64,000 nt of DNA, taken from NCBI GenBank assembly GCA_040386775.1, contig JAZKEU010000008.1, positions 169,184 to 233,183 on the forward strand, written 5' to 3'. A program made the position numbers and the translations under genes. Below the pieces are notes generated by a model. That model ran no database searches, was not told where the DNA came from, and saw only the letters and a program-made list of their open reading frames with translations. Below are positions 8,267 through 15,480 of this stretch, piece after piece; the stretch's first letter is position 1, and each line of letters begins with the position of its first letter. The stretch is from Bdellovibrionota bacterium. GTDB lineage: Bacteria; Bdellovibrionota; Bdellovibrionia; Bdellovibrionales; JAEYZS01.

Positions 8267-11200
8267 TTAAAGCCTTACACTTCGAACAAATGGATGAACT
8301 GGACTGGACGGTGATCCTGATCTCTTTGCTTTTTCGATGGCACTACCGACTTTGGATTTGAAATCAAATTCTTTGTAGAGAGCGGCGATACCCCAAGCCG
8401 CTGTTGGCTGACCTGGACTGAGTTTCTGAGCTTTCTTGAAAGCATCAAAAGCCAACTCCAGATTATTCATAAACATATAGTTTGTGCCCTTAAGAGCCTG
8501 AGCGGGTGCAAAAGTCGGCTGAATTTCCAAGATCCGATCACAGATCAACACCGACATAGAATAATCTCTTCCTTCCGCATAAGTTTGCGCAAGTTTTAAG
8601 AGGATATCTGGGTTTCTAGATTCATCATAAAGTTTTTTACGAATTTGGAATGTTTGCGGTGGAGTGCTATCAGCCGCAGAGACTAGCAATTGAGTTTCTG
8701 ATTCTTCGTCCACCATGATCTGTCCGCCGGATTGACAACCTTTTACAAAATTTGTGAAAACATCAAACTTTTCAGCAGTCTTCACGCATTCACTAAAGAA
8801 CTTGTTTGCGTTTGCTTCGTAAGTTTTGGCTTGTCCTGCAATGGCTGCCTTATACTGGTTCACTTGATCTGGAGTAAGTCCTGGAGGCATCGGAGCTCTT
8901 TTAATAAAGTCCGCAAACTCTTTATTCACTTGTCCTAAACCATAAAGGGCGGCGATGGACCATCTTCCGTTTCCACTCGTGATCACTTGATTCAATTGAT
9001 TTGTAAGTGTTGTGAGGATCTTTGTTTTAGCTTGAACAGCTTGAGCTTCTTTTCCAGATTCCAATTGAATTTCTTTATACTGCTTCATCGCTTCCATAGA
9101 AAGAAGGTAAAGCGCATGAGCTCTCCAAGTTTTCTCTTCGAAAGAACCACCTTTGTTCGCGGCTGTTTGTCTTAAGAAATTTTGAGCAGTTCCAATGTTA
9201 TTCAATCTGTAAGCTGCAATACCCATATAGTAAGACCCCTGCATGCCTCCCACAGATTTTGCCGAGCCAATCAACTTTGACCATTGGTTGGCACTGAAGT
9301 CTGATCTTGCCACCGCAGTACGATCGCCAAGCTCCAAATAATCTTTTCTCGCTTGTTCAAAGTCGCCCATAGTTTCTCTCATCTGAGCTGCATTTTGAAG
9401 AAGCTTTCTACTTTCAGGATCTTTTGGATATTTGTTCGAGTAAATTTCAAAGTATTTTGCCGCTCTTCTAAAATCAGCCGTAAGTAGCGAGAGTTTACCC
9501 ATTTCCATGGTCACTTCTTTTGCATATTTTGAGTTACCATGTTTGATCAATAATTCTTCACCAGGAATGTATGCCCCAGGATCTTTTTTAGATTTTAAAG
9601 AGTTAAAAGCTTCAAATAAAGCTCTATCTCCAAGATTCGTGCCTTTGTACTTTTCTGCGAATTTTAAAAGTTCTTTTGAATAATTGTCAGAAGAAAAATC
9701 AGCAATCGAAGTCTGGATATTTTTGTATTCCGACTGGTTCATAATATCTGAAACCATTTTCTTGAGAGATCCCGACAAAGCTTTGATTCCAATGATTTTT
9801 TTACCAGCAACCGTCAAACCTTTATAATCTTCTCTTTGGTTGTAAGCATCTAAGATCAGATCCACAGAAGTGGCTGCGTCTTTTCCATTTGGAAATTTAG
9901 TGATGTATTGGAACAATACTCTTTCCGATCCTTTAAAATCACGCTCATCATAGTAAGACCTACCAGCATTAAATATAATCGAAGGAACAGCACCTTCTGT
10001 TGGATAAGACTTTACATAGTAGAGTCCCACATCTCGGATGCCATTTCTGGCTTGTGCTAATTGAGTTCTGTTCAGGGCTTCTGGATTTTTAAGAGCTGCC
10101 GTATATGATTCGATACTTGAATCCAAATACGATTTTCTTTTTATTGGAACTTTAATTTCTTTGGCTAACTTCTCGTACTCTTTACCGGCGTTCACGAATT
10201 CTTTTAAGTTAAAATAACTTTCTGCCAAGTTTAGGCGAATGGCATTAGAATATTTTTCTCCATTCTTGTTTCCATTCCCAAAAGCCCACAGGTAAGCTTT
10301 GTAAGCCGAGATCGCAAGTCTATAGTCTGAAGGACTGCGCGTGGATCTTGCACGCACTTGAGCTCTAGTCGCCGCATCTCTGGCGTAGATTTCAAAGTTC
10401 TTATCGTGCTGGAATTTCATTTTTGGAGCCACATCTGGAGAATAACGAACCTGGTTGATCGTATCAGCTACGATTTCCGTGTAACCATAAACCGGCCAAT
10501 CTTTTAATGAGTTCTTCATGGCTTCGTAGAGTCTTTCCACAGCTTCAATTCTTAATTCTACGTTCTTGGTCATCTTTAAGAGTTCAAAGTAGATTTTTGT
10601 CGTTTGAATGTATCTTTGCTTAACGCCTAGACGTCTCCCTAAGCGAGCCAATGCTCTTTGATATGAGATTTTATTATTCGAAAGTCCTTTAAAGTACTCC
10701 ACAGGCTCCACTCTGTTTTTGCCCATTTTCTTAAGGACTACCGGTGGAATTTCGCTATATGGCCAAGCCATAGCAACCAGAGCATCACGCTTAACATCTG
10801 TTTTTCTGTAAATTTCTGGAAGTTTAGATGTATCGATCTTTGCATCGGTAGTTAGGATTTGTTCAAACGAAAGAAGCGAATCTAGGAATTTCCCTTGGTT
10901 GATGTAAATCCATCCCAATTTATATCTTGCAAGAGGAACAAAAGGATTGTCTCTTAAATTGATAACCCGTTTAAAATAACCAATGGCACTCTCTAATTCT
11001 TTTTTCTCTTCAAAAAAGAAATTACCGATAATGATCAAACTCTCCGCATAAAAAGGGCTTTGCGGGTACTGTGAAATCAATTTTTGATAAGTTAAGATCA
11101 TCTCTTCGAATTGCCCCATCTCGCGATGTTCATGGGCCATAAAGAATAAAGCCTTATCCCTGTCTCTAAAATTTGGAAATTTTTCGATTAGTTTTTGGTA

Positions 11201-11533
11201 TGTCTCGATAGCAAAAAGCTTAGGACGTTTTTCATTTGCAAAATCCATTTCATCCAGCGGAGTCTTTTTATTCTTCATGACTTTAATGCTGTACATGTAA
11301 CGAGATTTATCTACGAATAATTCAGCAAGAACCAAATAGAGATCTGGAAGGAAATTGGCATCTCTAATGGTTTTAATTCTATCTTGAGTAGTTTTAATCG
11401 AAAGCTCAATCTTTTTAAGATCAGATTCAAGCTCCGCTAAACTTTTTTGCTTCATCAACTGGGCATTAGAAGTTAGAGAAAAAAGTACCAAGAGGGCAGT
11501 AAGTATGATTTTTTTGATCATTTGGTGGATCAT
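8267..11533 (-). CDS. large exported TPR-repeat protein (GltD/AgmU-like candidate)
   Basis: 1088 aa with a signal peptide (MIKKIILTALLVLFSLTSNAQ) and many TPR-like A/Y/L-periodic helices. The ATGA overlap with the upstream gene (11530-11533) implies translational coupling. The Glt assignment rests on context only. Confidence 0.6.
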   Translation of the reverse strand: MIHQMIKKIILTALLVLFSLTSNAQLMKQKSLAELESDLKKIELSIKTTQDRIKTIRDANFLPDLYLVLAELFVDKSRYMYSIKVMKNKKTPLDEMDFANEKRPKLFAIETYQKLIEKFPNFRDRDKALFFMAHEHREMGQFEEMILTYQKLISQYPQSPFYAESLIIIGNFFFEEKKELESAIGYFKRVINLRDNPFVPLARYKLGWIYINQGKFLDSLLSFEQILTTDAKIDTSKLPEIYRKTDVKRDALVAMAWPYSEIPPVVLKKMGKNRVEPVEYFKGLSNNKISYQRALARLGRRLGVKQRYIQTTKIYFELLKMTKNVELRIEAVERLYEAMKNSLKDWPVYGYTEIVADTINQVRYSPDVAPKMKFQHDKNFEIYARDAATRAQVRARSTRSPSDYRLAISAYKAYLWAFGNGNKNGEKYSNAIRLNLAESYFNLKEFVNAGKEYEKLAKEIKVPIKRKSYLDSSIESYTAALKNPEALNRTQLAQARNGIRDVGLYYVKSYPTEGAVPSIIFNAGRSYYDERDFKGSERVLFQYITKFPNGKDAATSVDLILDAYNQREDYKGLTVAGKKIIGIKALSGSLKKMVSDIMNQSEYKNIQTSIADFSSDNYSKELLKFAEKYKGTNLGDRALFEAFNSLKSKKDPGAYIPGEELLIKHGNSKYAKEVTMEMGKLSLLTADFRRAAKYFEIYSNKYPKDPESRKLLQNAAQMRETMGDFEQARKDYLELGDRTAVARSDFSANQWSKLIGSAKSVGGMQGSYYMGIAAYRLNNIGTAQNFLRQTAANKGGSFEEKTWRAHALYLLSMEAMKQYKEIQLESGKEAQAVQAKTKILTTLTNQLNQVITSGNGRWSIAALYGLGQVNKEFADFIKRAPMPPGLTPDQVNQYKAAIAGQAKTYEANANKFFSECVKTAEKFDVFTNFVKGCQSGGQIMVDEESETQLLVSAADSTPPQTFQIRKKLYDESRNPDILLKLAQTYAEGRDYSMSVLICDRILEIQPTFAPAQALKGTNYMFMNNLELAFDAFKKAQKLSPGQPTAAWGIAALYKEFDFKSKVGSAIEKAKRSGSPSSPVHPFVRSVRL

Positions 11534-13149
11534 TTGAATTCCTCCCCAAACTGCTTGATGATTCCCTCATCTCCAGATGATGATGGCATTGATTGATCAC
11601 ACTGACTGCGAATAAGAACTTGGTAATCGTCTAGTTCATCAATCCAATATTCATCTTCCACGGGCCAGTAAACCTTGTCGAATTTAACGTAAGAAATTTT
11701 TTCTGACTGATAATTTCTTTCTTCACCTTTACGGACAATTCTTAGTGCATCTAGTTTTGCTGTGTAATCCAAAAACTTGACTTGTTCTTCAGAATCTAGA
11801 ATTTCTTCTGAAACCAATGGATAGACTTGGTCCATAAAAAGATAAAGTCTTTTTTGAATTTCTTGATCTTTATTTTTGTAATTGTTTTCGATCTCTTTAA
11901 AGTATTTATAATCTTTGAGATCCATTTCTTTAACGATCTCTAATTCATCCCTCAATTGATTGATGAAGTTTGCTTGTTCTTGCATTCTCATGCTCGACAT
12001 CGCAAGTTGAGATGTAACAACGTTCTTCTTAAGATCTTGGCGCTTTTTAATGTCTTTGATCGCCTTGCCAAATACGGTGTAATATTCTTTTGCCACTGAG
12101 CTTACTTTTTCGAAGTAACAAAGCTGCTTATAAATGATCATCTCTAGAACATAGCGTTCAGGAGATACAGAAACCATATAGACAGGAGCTTTTAAACCTT
12201 GAAGAATGCCGAGACTTTCAGAATAATTTTTCAAATAATAATTGGACCAAGCTCTCTCAAGAAGTATTCTTCCTTTTTCACGCTGCGGAAAATCTTTGAG
12301 TTCTTTGTACATATTTGCAGCTTTAGTAAAATCTTTTCTTTCAAAACTGATTCTCGCAATTTGCAGATTGGCTCTTTTCTTGAGTTTAGCAGCAAGATTT
12401 GGATTCTGAGAAATTCGAGAAAGTCTTGCTTCCGCTTCGTCCAATTTATTCTGGGTGATTTCATTTAAAGCTTTCAAGTACTGAGTTTTTTGTGACCAGT
12501 AAGATTGGCTTTTGACTTGAGCCGCCTCAATCTTTGACCAGTCTTTAAAACCGTTGATCAAATCACTCATAGAAACATAGTAGCTGACAAAACTTTGGAT
12601 ATCCGGATGAAGGGTGCCAAACTCATTGCTGTTCAAAAAGTCATCGACCATATCGACTGGATCGAGATAGGATTCTTGATCAATCAAGGCCAATTCGTAG
12701 AGAGCTTTAGACGCAAGTTCTGATGAAATTCTTTTTAGAGCAACTTCCTTTAAAACCATAGTTGCAGCATAGTAAAGCTTCATGTGGCGAAGGGCGATAC
12801 CGACGGCGAGCAGTCCTTCGATACCATCGTCAGAATCCACTCCATAATCTTCCTGAAGTTCCAAGCCATCTTCGATAAGTTTGATATAACTTTCATCTCC
12901 CAAGCGTTCTTCTACAATTTTCCAATATTCCGGATCAATGGGCTCATACTTGTATGGCTTTTCCATTTTATCCTGAAAAGGAACTGCCGTCGTAGATTTA
13001 CCAGACGGAATATTTTGCGCCGTCAGCTTCAATGATCCCACTGTTAAACCAACAAGGATAATCAAAGAAATGGCTACAGTATATTTACTACTTAGCAAAT
13101 TCTTTTTCAAAATCATCTTCTTCGCCTTGTGTTTTCTCTTTCGAGTCAA
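11530..13149 (-). CDS. exported helical/TPR-like protein (GltC/GltE-like candidate)
   Basis: 539-aa ORF with an N-terminal anchor/signal (an alternative start is M12 at 13116). TPR-like segments such as FTKAANMYKEL and LLERAWSNYYLKNYSESL are present. It is in an operon with the flanking genes. Confidence 0.5.
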   Translation of the reverse strand: MTRKRKHKAKKMILKKNLLSSKYTVAISLIILVGLTVGSLKLTAQNIPSGKSTTAVPFQDKMEKPYKYEPIDPEYWKIVEERLGDESYIKLIEDGLELQEDYGVDSDDGIEGLLAVGIALRHMKLYYAATMVLKEVALKRISSELASKALYELALIDQESYLDPVDMVDDFLNSNEFGTLHPDIQSFVSYYVSMSDLINGFKDWSKIEAAQVKSQSYWSQKTQYLKALNEITQNKLDEAEARLSRISQNPNLAAKLKKRANLQIARISFERKDFTKAANMYKELKDFPQREKGRILLERAWSNYYLKNYSESLGILQGLKAPVYMVSVSPERYVLEMIIYKQLCYFEKVSSVAKEYYTVFGKAIKDIKKRQDLKKNVVTSQLAMSSMRMQEQANFINQLRDELEIVKEMDLKDYKYFKEIENNYKNKDQEIQKRLYLFMDQVYPLVSEEILDSEEQVKFLDYTAKLDALRIVRKGEERNYQSEKISYVKFDKVYWPVEDEYWIDELDDYQVLIRSQCDQSMPSSSGDEGIIKQFGEEFK

Positions 13150-13795
13150 ATTGATAAGTGTAAGCTGCGCCTATGAATAAGAAAGGTTCCACTCCCGTGC
13201 TTAAGAACGGAAGGTTTTCTCTAATATCAATTTTGATGGATTCCTTGTCGTTTAAGAAAAATCTAAGAATTGCTCCACCATTCACGAGAGGTTTTACGCC
13301 ATCGTTCTTGAATGAACCTACTCCCGGTCCTGCGACAAAGGTGATATCTCCCCAAATTACAGATTTATTAAAGAGTAAGTTCTTATTGTAGATTGGCGTA
13401 TAAACTATATTTGTCGTAATGTACCACTCAGGAAAATCTGGAATTTGTCCTGGATCTGCCGCGAATTCTTCGGTCAATTGTTTTTTTAAATCTGTATCAA
13501 TGCTCATAACCCAATTGGCGTTGATCACTTCCCAGCCGGTAAAATCAGAAAAATATTTCGTGTAGGAAGCTCCGAGGACAACACCTTTGGTAAAAGAATC
13601 CATCGGCATATAACCTAAATGTGCCGAATATTGGCCACCCAATTTGTATTTGCGATTTTGAACTGCGTAGGTTTTTGGAACTGCAAAAATATCTTCCTCT
13701 GCTTCAGCAGCGATAACTTCTGAAGGTAAGAATGAAGAGACAAAAAGAGTTAAGAATATAAATAAGTAAACACTAAGAAAGCCTAGCCACTTCAT
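13088..13795 (-). CDS. small outer-membrane beta-barrel protein (GltA/GltB-like candidate)
   Basis: AAGGAAGGA SD and a signal peptide ending VIAAEA. Alternating aromatic/aliphatic beta-strand pattern with a terminal strand AAYTYQF followed by an acidic tail. First gene of the operon. Confidence 0.45.
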   Translation of the reverse strand: MKWLGFLSVYLFIFLTLFVSSFLPSEVIAAEAEEDIFAVPKTYAVQNRKYKLGGQYSAHLGYMPMDSFTKGVVLGASYTKYFSDFTGWEVINANWVMSIDTDLKKQLTEEFAADPGQIPDFPEWYITTNIVYTPIYNKNLLFNKSVIWGDITFVAGPGVGSFKNDGVKPLVNGGAILRFFLNDKESIKIDIRENLPFLSTGVEPFLFIGAAYTYQFDSKEKTQGEEDDFEKEFAK

Positions 13796-13927
13796 TATGC
13801 GATCCTTCCTTGAATCAATAATATTGGTCGGTGCATATGCACCTCTATTTAAGTCTGAAAGCTAAGCTTCTTTAAGTCAAAGACAAAGACACTATAAAAT
13901 TTGACATTACAAAATTACGCCCAGCTT

Positions 13928-14461
13928 CTAGAGAATTAATCGCTTTAATTCTTGCTGAGAATAAACGTAGTCCGCATAGATCATCGTATTCATGACATTT
14001 CGATGACCTAATGCTACCTGCACAAGTCGAATGTCTCTTGTTTTTTTATATATTTGAATAGCAAAAGTATGTCGCAAACAATGAAATTTCTTAGGAACAG
14101 GACGATAGAATTCCCAAATTTGCCTTAAGCGAGAATAACTGATTGGAAAAAGAAGTTGCGTGTCTTGTTGGTCAGAATATTTTTTAAGGAGGCGAAATAC
14201 GTCATTTTTAAGTGGAATCTCTCGATCATTGCTTCCTTTGATTCCGCGGATGAGAATGGATTCTTCATAGGTATTTATATCTACTTTTTTAAGATTTAAA
14301 AGCTCTTGAGCTCGCGCGCCAGTTTTCAAGGCGAGTCTTAGAAGCAGGCAATTTCTCGTGTCCGTGTCCATGTAAGAGTCGAGAAGAGAATTGAGTTTTT
14401 CTAACTCAGGTTCCAGAAGATATTTATTCTTATTGAGAGAGTAACGGGTAGACGTTGCCAT
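13928..14461 (-). CDS. minimal (catalytic-domain-only) tyrosine recombinase
   Basis: 177 aa containing the full R-K-H-R-H-Y set: TGARAQELLNL, IKGSNDREIPL, HCLRHTFA, LGHRNVMNTMIYADY. There is no N-terminal core-binding domain. GAGG SD lies 8 nt upstream. Confidence 0.88.
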   Translation of the reverse strand: MATSTRYSLNKNKYLLEPELEKLNSLLDSYMDTDTRNCLLLRLALKTGARAQELLNLKKVDINTYEESILIRGIKGSNDREIPLKNDVFRLLKKYSDQQDTQLLFPISYSRLRQIWEFYRPVPKKFHCLRHTFAIQIYKKTRDIRLVQVALGHRNVMNTMIYADYVYSQQELKRLIL

Positions 14462-14704
14462 AGTGTGTGCCTCAAAATTATGCTTTCAATTTGCCTCGCG
14501 AGTCCGAATTTCCCTTTTTCGAAAAACAACCTTTTTGAGGTCATTTCTAATCATCATACCTATTTAAATAGTAATTACAAGTACTTAATACTATAACTTA
14601 TAACTATAATATGTAGTTTAAATTGAAAAACAGCATACTTGGCTATGGTTTTGCCATAAATACGAGTAAAAACATATAGTTATATATATTTTGAATTAAA
14701 AATT

Positions 14705-14767
14705 GTGAAACACAATATTAAAATGCGTAAATCACAATATCAATTGCTTATTTCACAACATTAAAAT
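14705..14767 (+). repeat. three phased direct repeats CACAAYAT(T/C)AA(AA)T, period 21-22 bp
   Basis: CACAATATTAAAAT at 14711, CACAATATCAATT at 14733 and CACAACATTAAAAT at 14754. Copies 1 and 3 match 13/14. The extended 14-mers GTGAAACACAATAT and GTAAATCACAATAT match 12/14. Confidence 0.6.
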
Positions 14768-14772
14768 ATGCT
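14744..14772 (+). promoter_or_regulatory. candidate sigma70-type promoter for the HTH gene
   Basis: TTGCTT (14744-14749), a 17-nt spacer, then TATGCT (14767-14772), about 48 nt upstream of the ATG at 14820. Repeat copy 3 lies inside the spacer. Confidence 0.35.
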
Positions 14773-14819
14773 TTTTCTCGTGAATGAGATTTTTTAATCT
14801 CTAGAAAGGCGGCCCTCAG

Positions 14820-15473
14820 ATGGAACAATTAGAATCTATTCGGTTGAAACTTGGTTTATCTAGACGACAAATTTGTAAACTTTTAAAAGTAGATCCTTCG
14901 GCGTGGACCCGTTGGATGAAAACTCCTCAAGGAGCACCCGCACACATCCATCAATCACTTGAATGGTATATGAAATTAGTAGAACAAAATCCTGAACAGA
15001 ATGCGCCTCAGCTTCTCGCACAGAAGTTCGAATCTTCAAATAAAGAATCAGAAATCCAGCTTTCTCGCATAAAAAGAGAAGTCGAAACCCTACGTCGTGA
15101 TAATTTAGAAAAAAGGGAAGTGTTCGAGCAGCTGGGTGGGAAGATTCAGAACTCTTTTGAAAATATTCTTTTGAAATTCAGAGACCAGATGATTCCATTA
15201 AAAATGATGGAAGTGGACTCACTTAAATATGAAAATAAGAAGCTCCAAAGCACGATTCAAGATTTAGAGAAAAAAATGGATCAACTTTTTACTAAACTTT
15301 CAACAGAATCAAAAACAGTCTCTTTGAAAATAAAACCTAAAAAGAAGAAAACATTTAAGAAAAAAAAGAAGTCTCTCAAAAAATCTTTCAAAAAAACCAA
15401 GTCCATTAAGAAAGCCAAATCAAAGATTAAGACTTCTAAGAAGGCTAAAAGAAAACTCAAAAAAACTAGATGA
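14820..15473 (+). CDS. XRE/MqsA-like HTH protein with coiled coil and polylysine C-terminal tail
   Basis: The N-terminus LGLSRRQICKLLKVDPSAWTRWMK...LEWYMKLVEQNPE resembles YiaG/MqsA-type HTH domains. The central region is heptad-rich. The last ~50 aa are K-rich (KPKKKKTFKKKKKSLKKSFKKTKSIKKAKSKIK). Confidence 0.55.
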   Translation: MEQLESIRLKLGLSRRQICKLLKVDPSAWTRWMKTPQGAPAHIHQSLEWYMKLVEQNPEQNAPQLLAQKFESSNKESEIQLSRIKREVETLRRDNLEKREVFEQLGGKIQNSFENILLKFRDQMIPLKMMEVDSLKYENKKLQSTIQDLEKKMDQLFTKLSTESKTVSLKIKPKKKKTFKKKKKSLKKSFKKTKSIKKAKSKIKTSKKAKRKLKKTR

Positions 15474-15480
15474 TATACTT

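Noticed and set aside
12199-12468. Mutually antisense small ORFs (12199-12468 + and 12231-12464 -) inside the 539-aa gene
   Set aside because: Both lie within, or out of frame with, a well-supported long CDS. They have no SD and low-complexity translations.
14599-14684. Invertible-promoter model based on the 10-bp inverted repeat TATAACTATA / TATAGTTATA
   Set aside because: The repeats are almost pure A/T in very AT-rich DNA and bracket only 66 bp, which is too short for typical invertible promoters. I kept it only as a testable note under the recombinase finding.
268-14745. Reading the GCGTAAATC..ATCAATT copies as attL/attR of a 14.4-kb mobile element
   Set aside because: The cargo (motility operon, peroxidase, kinase) is not mobile-element-like and the repeat is short and interrupted. 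The recombinase also lacks the DNA-binding domains of island integrases. A shared regulatory motif or chance is at least as likely.
15300-15470. Long A-rich tract that could be mistaken for a poly-A slippage site or terminator region
   Set aside because: It is in frame and encodes the polylysine tail of the HTH protein (AAA/AAG codons interrupted by other residues). There is no uninterrupted homopolymer long enough for phase variation.
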